64,000 bases of DNA from Flavobacteriales bacterium. GTDB lineage: Bacteria; Bacteroidota; Bacteroidia; Flavobacteriales_D; Sanyastnellaceae. Position 1 is the stretch's first letter. Every line of letters starts with the position of its first letter. The stretch is from NCBI GenBank assembly GCA_036747335.1, contig DAIOCL010000001.1, positions 11,537 to 75,536 of the forward strand, in the 5' to 3' direction. Shown here in pieces: positions 47,152 to 55,818 of this stretch. The notes beneath the pieces were generated by a model. It did no database searches and was not told the origin of the DNA. It was given only the letters and a program-made list of their open reading frames with translations. The translations under genes were made by a program, and so were the position numbers.

Positions 47152-47998
47152 AGCTGGTGTAAAAGTATCCTACCGGATACAAAGATGGGGTTGTCTCATT
47201 GATTACATTACTTCGTATTGGTGCAGGAGGAGGATTTCCAACTACACTCAAGCCCTGATTACCCGTTTGGGTGAATATGTTGTAAAGATAGTCATAGTGT
47301 CCTTTCGAAATTCCGAGCATTTGCACCGTAACTTCATCTCCCAGCTCAAGCCTGATTTCTTCGTTTGGGTTGACGCCAATGCTTGTTTGACCGTCAAAGA
47401 ACTTGTCTGAAAGTAAGAGGTTTCGATTATTACCTCTGTCGGGGATTATGAAAGGAATACCGTTTACCAATGTTTTGAAGTAATAGTAATTTTCTATCCC
47501 GGCCGGGTCCGTTAGATCCAGTCTTGCAAAATAACCTTCCTCGGTGATACCTGTGGCCTGTTCATATGCAAAATACAGTGTGTCAATTTCTGGTGAAGGC
47601 ATAATGACACTGGAAGCACTAAACGTGTTTCCTTCCCAATCAATATTGAGCGTATAAGCAGCGTTGAGGGAAAGCTCAATTTCGTTTGACTCATACCACC
47701 CATCCTGCGTATGGGTAAAGGGGTAGGATACTCCATTGCTTTCAACAAAAACCTCAGCATCCGTAACGATCGGAATTGCGTCCTGAGACAAGTACGGCAG
47801 CGTGGTTGTTAGTTTAATCTTTTGAGGTTGGTCTGGTCTGGACGGGTTTAATTCCAGGCCACCATCAATGACCAATCTGCGAATTGTGCCACTTTCATTT
47901 AAATTTTCCGTTACCACTTTCTCACATGAGATAGCTGTAGCAGCAACTACCAATAGGCACCCGATGCTTATTTTATTAAAATGAAATTTCATTGCCAT
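47120..47998 (-). CDS. DUF4249 family lipoprotein
   Basis: Lipobox VAATAISC. The size and position immediately after a TonB-dependent receptor gene are characteristic of DUF4249. Confidence 0.7.
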   Translation of the reverse strand: MAMKFHFNKISIGCLLVVAATAISCEKVVTENLNESGTIRRLVIDGGLELNPSRPDQPQKIKLTTTLPYLSQDAIPIVTDAEVFVESNGVSYPFTHTQDGWYESNEIELSLNAAYTLNIDWEGNTFSASSVIMPSPEIDTLYFAYEQATGITEEGYFARLDLTDPAGIENYYYFKTLVNGIPFIIPDRGNNRNLLLSDKFFDGQTSIGVNPNEEIRLELGDEVTVQMLGISKGHYDYLYNIFTQTGNQGLSVVGNPPPAPIRSNVINETTPSLYPVGYFYTSYVSEKTILIQ

Positions 47999-50382
47999 TA
48001 GAATTTAAAATTATATGTTACTGAAGGTATAATAGGGAAATATGCGATTTGAACCGCTTCTGTGGTACCCGTCGCGAGTTCAACACCATTTATCTCACTA
48101 ATTTCTCTGAAGAAAATTGATGCCGCATTGAGACGGTTGTAGACATTAATGATACTAAAAACCCACTGTCCTTTGATCCGTGCATCTTCTTTCGGATTAA
48201 GCGTAGCCGAGATATCCAATCTGTGATAGTCCGGCAGCCTGCCCGAGTTGCGACTGCTAAAATCAGCCACTATAAGTCCATTGCTCTGGTATTTGCCGGA
48301 AGGATATGTAACCGGTCTGCCAGACCCATAAATGAAGTTAGCACTCAGCTCCAATCTTTTGTTAAGTTTATAGAAGCCGATAAGATTCAGTTGATGGCGC
48401 TGGTCACTATTCGTGCTATACCATTCATTGTTGTTAATTCCGGTAACTTTAGCTTCCGACCTGGACAATGTATAGCTTATCCAGCCTGTAAATTTCCCTT
48501 CGGTTTTGCTTATTTGAAGCTCTACTCCATAAGATCGGCCATTGCCCTTAGCGATTTGCGACTCGATGTTCTCATTGAACAATAAATCCGCTCCATCAAT
48601 AAAATCAGTAATATTGTTTAAGCTTTTGTAATATGTTTCTGATGATATTTCAAATTTACCATTTTTAGTATTTTTGAAATAGCCAAGTGCAAATTGATCA
48701 GCATTTTGCGGATCTATGTATGGACCTGATGGAGTCCAAACATCTAAGGGGGTTGGTGATGTTGTGTTAGAAATAAGGTGGATATATTGATACATCTTGT
48801 TATATCCAAATTTTACTGATTCCAATTCAGACAACTTGTATCTTACATTAAGTCTTGGCTCTAGCCCATTATCTGTGGAGATCAATTCTCCGCGTCTGTA
48901 CTGCCGTTCACCAAGAATGGTGTTTTGGCTATATGTATTAAACACCTCATTATAGGTAAGCGGAGTTGCACTTGCGTATTCTCTTATTCTTTCTCCTCCC
49001 AATCTAAAGAAATTAGAAGCGCGCAGTCCATATTGGATGGAAAGTTTACTTGTTAGCTTTTGCTCATTGTCCACATAAAATGCCACCTCACTCGCATAAT
49101 TCTGCTGGAAGGTCTGTGCTTTTATTGGTGATTCCAGCAGCGGACTAATCTGCCCCGGTCGGAAATTATAGTACAGAGCATCTGCGCCGAACCGTATTGT
49201 GGTTTTGTCATTTAAGTAATAGGTTGCGCGTGGTCTAAGATTATAATTAATGATGTTGGATTTCCAGGAGAACTCATACCCCGAGCGTAAGTTGTCAAGA
49301 TTATAATCGTACTGGCTTCCAATAAGCGAAGTTTGTATGAACCATTTTTCCCCACCGGTTCTTGTCCATCTAATTGTTCCAGATGAATTGCCCCATTGAG
49401 CTCCAACCAGACCTGGTAGTTTAAAGTTATCCCTGCCAAAATACCCACTCACGTAGAGGCGATTTTTTGAATTGATAGCGTAATTGGTTTTTAAGTTCAG
49501 GTCATAAAAAAACAGTTTATTATTTCTAAACTCCTCTGACAAATTAGTAAAAAGGTCTACGTACGATCTCCTCCCGGCAACGATAAACGATCCTTTTGCT
49601 TCTTCTTCTTTAGCTCTTCCTATAGGACCCTCTATTAAAGCCCTGCTTGAAATAAGTCCTATACCCATTTCCCTGACGAATTTCTTTGAGTTACCTTCCC
49701 TTTGCCTCACGTCAAGCACTGAAGATAAACGGCCGCCGTATGTGGCAGGTACCCCTCCTTTATACAGCTTCGCTTCCTTGATTACATCAGCATTAAAGAC
49801 TGAAAAAAGTCCAAACAAATGGGTTGCATTGAATATAGTTGCTTCATCAAGGAGTATGAGGTTTTGGTCTGCGCCTCCACCACGAACATTAAAGCCTGAG
49901 GAGGCTTCACTAGTTGTCGAAACACCAGGAAGTAGTTGGATGGCCCTTAAGACGTCTGCCTCCCCAAGAACTGCGGGTAACTGTTTTATCACCTGTGCGT
50001 TCAGTGTTTTAACGCCCATCTCAGTGCTTTGAATCAGTTCATTTTTTGCCACTGAGCTGACTACTACTTCTGATAAAGTTTTGGAAGAGGAATCAAGAGA
50101 TATGTTTAAAACCGTATTCGCTTTTAAATCAAGTTCTATTCGTTTCGTTTCCATACCAATATACCTCACTTCAAGCGTATACACTCCCGCAGTCAGATCA
50201 AAAGAATAAAAGCCATATTCATTTGAAATTGCAACGCCCGCTCCGTTGACAACGAGTGTGGCTCCAATTAGGGTCTCGCCACTTGATTTTTCACTCACTT
50301 CACCAGAAACGGTAAATTTTGATTGTCCTTTAGCCATGCCAACGATTGTTAGCATCATGCAGCAAATAATTAGGTACTTCAT
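47998..50382 (-). CDS. TonB-dependent receptor with an N-terminal carboxypeptidase-regulatory-like domain
   Basis: I chose the start at MKYLIICCMM (signal peptide). FTVSGEV...GATLVV matches the CarboxypepD_reg-like fold. Has a plug region (LPGVSTTSEASSGFNVRGGGADQNLILLDEA) and a terminal NFKF. Confidence 0.9.
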   Translation of the reverse strand: MKYLIICCMMLTIVGMAKGQSKFTVSGEVSEKSSGETLIGATLVVNGAGVAISNEYGFYSFDLTAGVYTLEVRYIGMETKRIELDLKANTVLNISLDSSSKTLSEVVVSSVAKNELIQSTEMGVKTLNAQVIKQLPAVLGEADVLRAIQLLPGVSTTSEASSGFNVRGGGADQNLILLDEATIFNATHLFGLFSVFNADVIKEAKLYKGGVPATYGGRLSSVLDVRQREGNSKKFVREMGIGLISSRALIEGPIGRAKEEEAKGSFIVAGRRSYVDLFTNLSEEFRNNKLFFYDLNLKTNYAINSKNRLYVSGYFGRDNFKLPGLVGAQWGNSSGTIRWTRTGGEKWFIQTSLIGSQYDYNLDNLRSGYEFSWKSNIINYNLRPRATYYLNDKTTIRFGADALYYNFRPGQISPLLESPIKAQTFQQNYASEVAFYVDNEQKLTSKLSIQYGLRASNFFRLGGERIREYASATPLTYNEVFNTYSQNTILGERQYRRGELISTDNGLEPRLNVRYKLSELESVKFGYNKMYQYIHLISNTTSPTPLDVWTPSGPYIDPQNADQFALGYFKNTKNGKFEISSETYYKSLNNITDFIDGADLLFNENIESQIAKGNGRSYGVELQISKTEGKFTGWISYTLSRSEAKVTGINNNEWYSTNSDQRHQLNLIGFYKLNKRLELSANFIYGSGRPVTYPSGKYQSNGLIVADFSSRNSGRLPDYHRLDISATLNPKEDARIKGQWVFSIINVYNRLNAASIFFREISEINGVELATGTTEAVQIAYFPIIPSVTYNFKF

Positions 50383-50767
50383 TAACTTTAATTTTCCGCT
50401 AAGCACCCGCTACTTTGGGTATTTCATACTTATTTATTGGCTGAATGACGTAAACCCACCGTTGAATGGCGTATTTTGACATTAAATGAATATTGCAACA
50501 TGAAATTGAGCTACCTCGTTTATAATTAGACCATTAACCTGTAGCGCCAGCCTGTTTCTCACACCCAAAAAATGTCATTAGCCTGGATGGCGTGCGTGTT
50601 TTCTCCTTGCAGCCTCCATCTATTTGAAGGCGCAAAAAAGTTGCTTATCAGAGAACAGAAACCAAGATGAACGCCACGCCTGCTGCAAAGCTCTATGGCA
50701 GCATGAAACCGTTTACGGGGAAACGCAAGCCAAAAAATCGATGTGGTTTTTGAACTAAGAACTCCGC

Positions 50768-51412
50768 TTATCCAACTACCCTGGCACACATCAGTCCGTC
50801 GCGCAAAGGAAGCAGAACGGGCTGTATCCGGGGATCCTTTCGGATTTCATCATTGAATGCCTGGAGGGCCCTGGTTTCCGCATCACCGGTGGCAGCCGGT
50901 GTCACCACCTTTCCGCTCCAGAGCACATTGTCGGCCAGAATCAGCCCTCCGGGAGCCATCATCGGCAATACCTGGTAGTAATAATGCAGGTAGTTTTCTT
51001 TGTCGGCATCTATGAACACGAGGTCAATGGGTCCGGAAAGGGTGGGTATGATATCGCGTGCATTTCCAACATGACGCTCCACCTTGTCAACGATGCCCGC
51101 CATTGCAAAGTATTTGTCCTGAATCCACTTCAGTTCATCGTTGATGTCGATGGTAATTAACCTGCCGCCGGCTTGCAATCCCTCGCAGAGGCAGATGGCC
51201 GAATATCCGGTATATGTGCCAATTTCGAGGATTACCGATGGCCGGGTTAGGTGCGACAACAAACTGAGCATACGGCCCTGGATGTGTCCGCTAAGCATGC
51301 GGGGCATCAGCACTTTTTGCCAGGTTTCGCGGGTAAGGGCTTTCAACACCTCCGGTTCGGGCTGGGTATGTTCGGTTGCGTAGTTTTCAATCGCCTCCGG
51401 GAGAAAGTTCAT
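50768..51412 (-). CDS. class I SAM-dependent O-methyltransferase (caffeoyl-CoA O-methyltransferase-like)
   Basis: I chose the internal ATG (MNFLPEAIENY). VILEIGTYTGYS is the SAM motif. Also has LVFIDADKENY. Confidence 0.85.
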   Translation of the reverse strand: MNFLPEAIENYATEHTQPEPEVLKALTRETWQKVLMPRMLSGHIQGRMLSLLSHLTRPSVILEIGTYTGYSAICLCEGLQAGGRLITIDINDELKWIQDKYFAMAGIVDKVERHVGNARDIIPTLSGPIDLVFIDADKENYLHYYYQVLPMMAPGGLILADNVLWSGKVVTPAATGDAETRALQAFNDEIRKDPRIQPVLLPLRDGLMCARVVG

Positions 51413-51551
51413 GTCGGTTCTTTTTGCAAAGATGTGCCAGGCCCCGGAGAGACACGACCCCCTTTTCCTGCCAATATGCTCATCGGGGATTCGCGCATTC
51501 AGGCCTAATTTCGCCCCGATGAATTTTCTGTAGTTATCTGAGGCCCTTCGC

Positions 51552-52799
51552 ATGTGGCTTGCGCACTGGATTGCCGAAGAGTGGGTGTCTTTTGGCACCT
51601 TCATCACCGGCTTCGGGGTGCTGGCAGCCCTGTGTTTCACTATCTGGTTTTTTACACGGGTAGTCATCATCCGTGTGATCAGGCGTATCGTCACTCGGAC
51701 GGAAACCCGCTGGGATGACAAACTTTTTGAATACAAGGTTTTCCGGCAACTTGCCATGATTGTTATCGCCATCGTGATTACGCATGCCGTGCCGGTGCTG
51801 TTCAGGCATTATCCCGACTGGCTCGTGTTTTCTCTTCCGCTGGCGCAGGTCTATGTGGTGGTGGCCATCTTGCGGGCCCTTCACGCCGTGCTGAACGCCA
51901 TCAGCGACCTGCTTGAAACGACACCCAGCCTTTCCGACAAGCCTATAAGAAGCTACAAACAGGTAGCCAAGATTATTTTTCTGCTGATCGGACTGGTGTT
52001 CATTCTGAGCATCCTGCTGCGTCAGTCACCCCTTTACATTCTCACCGGGTTCGGTGCCGTAACGGCCATATTGCTGCTCATTTTTAAGGATGCCATCCTC
52101 GGCTTTACGGCGAGTATACAAATGAGTGCCATTGACCTGGTAAGAATCGGAGACTGGATTACCGTGGAGAAGTTTGGGGCAGACGGAGAGGTCATCGAAA
52201 TCAACCTTACCACCGTAAAGGTCAGAAACTGGGACATGACCGTAACCCTTGTGCCATCCTATGCGCTGGTGAGTGAAAGTTTCAGGAACTGGCGCGGCAT
52301 GCAGGAGAGCGAAGGACGACGCATCAAACGGTTTATGTACATCAAAATCTCCAGCATCAAATACTGCGATGAGGACCTGTACAACCGGCTGCTCAAGGTT
52401 GAGCGCATACGCGACTACCTGCTGGAACGTCACCGAGAGATCGAGACTTTCAACACCACAGGTGGTATCGATAAATCTGTGCTGATCAACGGCAGGCACA
52501 TGACCAATATCGGCATCTTCCGCCAGTATGCAGAGGCCTATCTGAGGCAAAATCCGAAAATCAACAGCGACATGACCTACATGGTGCGCCATCTTCAGGC
52601 TACGCACCACGGCCTCCCGATAGAGGTCTATGCTTTTTCCCGGGAGAAAGAACTGGAACGATTTGAAGAAGTCGCAGCCGATATATTCGATCACCTGTTT
52701 GCCGCCATAGCCTACTTTGACCTGGAAGTTTTTGAAAGTCCGTCAGGCGGAGAGCGCAAGATGGCCGAAGAAAATTCCGGACCCGTAATCGAAGAATGA
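51552..52799 (+). CDS. mechanosensitive ion channel (MscS family) protein
   Basis: N-terminal TM helices and the MscS beta-domain region (IGDWITVEKFGADGEVIEINLTTVKVRNWD). Confidence 0.85.
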   Translation: MWLAHWIAEEWVSFGTFITGFGVLAALCFTIWFFTRVVIIRVIRRIVTRTETRWDDKLFEYKVFRQLAMIVIAIVITHAVPVLFRHYPDWLVFSLPLAQVYVVVAILRALHAVLNAISDLLETTPSLSDKPIRSYKQVAKIIFLLIGLVFILSILLRQSPLYILTGFGAVTAILLLIFKDAILGFTASIQMSAIDLVRIGDWITVEKFGADGEVIEINLTTVKVRNWDMTVTLVPSYALVSESFRNWRGMQESEGRRIKRFMYIKISSIKYCDEDLYNRLLKVERIRDYLLERHREIETFNTTGGIDKSVLINGRHMTNIGIFRQYAEAYLRQNPKINSDMTYMVRHLQATHHGLPIEVYAFSREKELERFEEVAADIFDHLFAAIAYFDLEVFESPSGGERKMAEENSGPVIEE

Positions 52800-53371
52800 A
52801 CAAGAATGTAGTGTTGCAGCTGGCCCTGCTCACCCTGGTGGGCATGCCGATTATCGCGCTGGTCGTTGACCACTACAGCGAGGATCGGGTCAACCTGGCT
52901 GCATCATTGGCCGGACCCTCCCACCCTTTGCTGCAACTGGTGTACGGACTAACCGGCGGGGCAGCCGCCGCGGCCGTCGCCAGCCTGACCATCTCGATGA
53001 AATTTATGCAAGGCATTAGTTCGCGTTATGTGAACCTGTTTGGTCATTTCAACCTCAACCGAAATGAAATTGTGCTCATCTCACTCTGCGCCGGTGTAGG
53101 CGAAGAACTGCTCTTTCGCGGGGCATTGCAGCCCTTCCTCGGCATCGCGCTGACCTCATTCATTTTCGTGGGCATGCACGGCTACTACAGCATTCGGTCT
53201 TGGCAGATAACGGTGTACGGCGCTGTGATGACCCTCATCATTGCAGCCATCGGTTGGATGAGCGTTGCCTTCGGACTCATAAGTGCCATGGTTGCCCACA
53301 CGGTGATCGATGTGGTGCTGCTGCACCGCTTACAGGAGTCAGGCCGCCGCCAGGTGCAGGAGGAAGACTGA
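52796..53371 (+). CDS. CPBP family intramembrane glutamic endopeptidase (CAAX protease-like)
   Basis: ATGA overlap with the mscS-like stop. Has the EELLFRG motif and a downstream H...H motif (AHTVID). Confidence 0.8.
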   Translation: MNKNVVLQLALLTLVGMPIIALVVDHYSEDRVNLAASLAGPSHPLLQLVYGLTGGAAAAAVASLTISMKFMQGISSRYVNLFGHFNLNRNEIVLISLCAGVGEELLFRGALQPFLGIALTSFIFVGMHGYYSIRSWQITVYGAVMTLIIAAIGWMSVAFGLISAMVAHTVIDVVLLHRLQESGRRQVQEED

Positions 53372-53433
53372 TTGATACAGGTATTCCGGGGCGGTTAACC
53401 CAGGCGTGGAAGCAAGGCTTTTGGTATTCTCGC

Positions 53434-53441
53434 TATTTTTG
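53434..53441 (+). promoter_or_regulatory. putative Bacteroidota -7 promoter box TATTTTTG
   Basis: Perfect TAnnTTTG match, 19 nt upstream of the ATG at 53461. Confidence 0.4.
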
Positions 53442-53460
53442 AACGATTATTCGCAAGGCT

Positions 53461-53799
53461 ATGAGTGCAAAACCGAAATCAGGCTCCGGCGGCTTCGTCT
53501 ATTCCACCAATCCTGACTTTTTCCGGGAGGAGGAGGCTGCGGCAGGCTCCGGTAGCGGGCCCCAGGAGCTCCGCGTCTGGCTGGAAAAAAATCACCGCGG
53601 CGGCAAGACGGTTACGGTCGTGCGGGGCTTCTCCGGCAGCGATGCCGAATTGGAAGACCTGGGCCGCACACTCAGACAAAAATGTGGATCGGGTGGCAGC
53701 GTGAAAGACGGAGAAATTCTCATCCAGGGCGATCACCGCCAGAAAGTCATTCAATGGCTCACCCAGCTGAAGCACCGTGTAAAAAGTGCAGGAAGCTGA
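53461..53799 (+). CDS. SUI1/eIF1-family translation initiation factor (YciH-like)
   Basis: Contains RGGKTVTVVRGF...LRQKCGSGGSVKDGEILIQGDHR. Confidence 0.85.
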   Translation: MSAKPKSGSGGFVYSTNPDFFREEEAAAGSGSGPQELRVWLEKNHRGGKTVTVVRGFSGSDAELEDLGRTLRQKCGSGGSVKDGEILIQGDHRQKVIQWLTQLKHRVKSAGS

Positions 53800-55007
53800 T
53801 GACCAATACCCCTGCCCCGGGCGATGAGCGGTTTGCCATTGCCATCAAAACATTTCAGGCATTCGAACCGCTGGTTGCCGCTGAATTGCGCCGACTGGGC
53901 TTCACCGATCCCGCCGAAGATACCCGCCTTGTAACGGTGTCAGGCACACTTGAAGACGTGTACCGACTTAATTACATGATGCGCACTGCGCTGCGTATTC
54001 TTATTCCTGTCAGAAAATTCATCGTGCATTCGCCTGATGACCTCTACCGTAAAATCAAAAAAACAGACTGGACACCCTGGCTGAGTGCAGACAGCACCTT
54101 TGCGATAGACCCGCACATCAGCAGCGGACTCTTCAGACATCCGCACTTCGCATCCCTTCGTATGAAGGATGCCATCGCTGACCAGTTCACCGAACGTGTA
54201 AACCGACGGCCCGATGTAGACCCTGGGTCACCCGATGTGCGCTTCGACCTGCATATTGACGCGGGAAACAGGGTTACCGTTTCGCTCGACAGCAGTGGCA
54301 CCTCGCTTAACCAGCGTGGATACAGGGTTTCCGGCGGAGAGGCACCCCTCAATGAAGTGCTGGCGGCCGGACTCCTGGAGCGTGCGGGCTATACCGGTCG
54401 GGAAACGCTCTATGTGCCCATGTGCGGCAGCGGAACACTGGCCATCGAAGCAGCGATGATGACCACCGGTGCACCGGCCAGGCTGCTCAACCCTCAGTTT
54501 GGGTTTATGAAATGGAAGGATTTCAATCCGGACCTGTGGAAGCAGGTGAAGGCCCGCTGCGACAGCAGCATGCATGCGGCGTATGCACCCATCATGGCTT
54601 CTGACCTGAAGGCTGCTGCTGCCGATGAATGCCGGCGCAACCTCGTCAGGGCCGGAATGAGCGATCATGTGGCCGTGCGTACGGAAGACTTTTTCGACCT
54701 GAAACCCACCGGTGAATCGGGCATGGTGATACTCAATCCGCCTTACGGAGAGCGAATGCCGTTGGCCGAGATCCAATCATTCTACCGCCGCATCGGTGAC
54801 CAGCTCAAGCGCCATTGGGCCGGCCATACCGCCTGGCTGATCTCGTCCAACCTGGAAGCACTCAAACATATCGGACTCAAACCTTCCGCAAAGTTCAAGC
54901 TGCTCAACGGCAGCCTGCCTTGTCTCTACCAGCAGTTCGAACTCTTCAGGGGTGACCGAAAGTCGCGGCTTCAGGCTTCGGGGTCCGAAGCGGACAGCAC
55001 GCCGTGA
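53799..55007 (+). CDS. THUMP-domain class I SAM-dependent RNA methyltransferase (RlmL/K N-terminal-like)
   Basis: I chose the internal ATG, which overlaps the SUI1 stop by 1 nt. Has the MCGSGTLAIEA SAM motif and the NPPYGER catalytic motif. Confidence 0.85.
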   Translation: MTNTPAPGDERFAIAIKTFQAFEPLVAAELRRLGFTDPAEDTRLVTVSGTLEDVYRLNYMMRTALRILIPVRKFIVHSPDDLYRKIKKTDWTPWLSADSTFAIDPHISSGLFRHPHFASLRMKDAIADQFTERVNRRPDVDPGSPDVRFDLHIDAGNRVTVSLDSSGTSLNQRGYRVSGGEAPLNEVLAAGLLERAGYTGRETLYVPMCGSGTLAIEAAMMTTGAPARLLNPQFGFMKWKDFNPDLWKQVKARCDSSMHAAYAPIMASDLKAAAADECRRNLVRAGMSDHVAVRTEDFFDLKPTGESGMVILNPPYGERMPLAEIQSFYRRIGDQLKRHWAGHTAWLISSNLEALKHIGLKPSAKFKLLNGSLPCLYQQFELFRGDRKSRLQASGSEADSTP

Positions 55008-55039
55008 GGTAAATTCACGGCCTCAACCATTGATACCGC

Positions 55040-55807
55040 ATGAGCTCAGGAACCATACTTGTCACCGGTGCCACCTCCGGATTCGGAGAAGCCATCGCAT
55101 GGATTTTTGCCGAAAAAGGCTACCGGCTCATCATCACAGGCCGCCGCCGCGAACGGCTGGAAGCACTGCAGCAGGCCCTGGTTGAGCGCTGCAGCGCAGA
55201 GGTGCTCCCCCTGTGCTTTGATGTACGCAGCCGCGACCAGGTGGAAAAAGCCATCGGCGGACTGGAAGCCACCTGGAGAACGATTGACGTACTGGTCAAC
55301 AATGCGGGCCTGGCACTCGGCCGAGATGCGGTGCACGAAGCAGATCCCGACGACTGGAGTACCATGTTAGAAACCAATGTGATGGGGCTGCTGTACGTTT
55401 CCCGTGCAGTGATTCCCCTTATGATTGCCCGGCAGTCTGGGACCGTGATCAATATCGGATCGATTGCCGGCAAAGAAGCCTACCCCGGCGGCAATGTCTA
55501 CAGTGCATCGAAGTTTGCCGTTGACGCACTTACGAAAAGCATGCGCATCGATCTGCTGCCCCACCGCATACGGGTTTGCCAGGTTGCACCCGGGGCAGCC
55601 GAGACCGAATTCTCGCACGTGCGGTTTAAGGGAGACAGCGAAAAAGCCCGGCAGGTGTACCGGGGCTTTGCACCCCTCAGGGCCTCAGACATCGCTGAAG
55701 CCGTCTGGTTTATCGCCTCGCGGCCTGCCCATGTCTGTATCAACGACATGGTCATCATGCCGACCGCACAGGCCTCAGCCGCTCACCTCCACAAAAGCGA
55801 ACACTGA
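55040..55807 (+). CDS. SDR family NAD(P)-dependent oxidoreductase (YdfG-like)
   Basis: Has TGATSGFG, NNAG and YSASK motifs. Confidence 0.9.
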   Translation: MSSGTILVTGATSGFGEAIAWIFAEKGYRLIITGRRRERLEALQQALVERCSAEVLPLCFDVRSRDQVEKAIGGLEATWRTIDVLVNNAGLALGRDAVHEADPDDWSTMLETNVMGLLYVSRAVIPLMIARQSGTVINIGSIAGKEAYPGGNVYSASKFAVDALTKSMRIDLLPHRIRVCQVAPGAAETEFSHVRFKGDSEKARQVYRGFAPLRASDIAEAVWFIASRPAHVCINDMVIMPTAQASAAHLHKSEH

Positions 55808-55818
55808 AAAAAGCCTTT

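Larger units (their letters stand above)
45345..50545. other. AT-rich compositional island (probable horizontally acquired block) containing a four-gene operon
   Basis: A visually abrupt drop in G+C and a switch to A/T-ending codons, relative to both flanks. Boundaries are approximate and estimated by eye. No mobility genes or flanking repeats. Confidence 0.6.

Noticed and set aside
50559-50789. 76-aa minus-strand ORF and 28- and 32-codon plus-strand ORFs in the spacer right of the island.
   Set aside because: They have no recognisable motifs. The 76-aa ORF overlaps the O-methyltransferase 3' end. Their composition is not coding-like.
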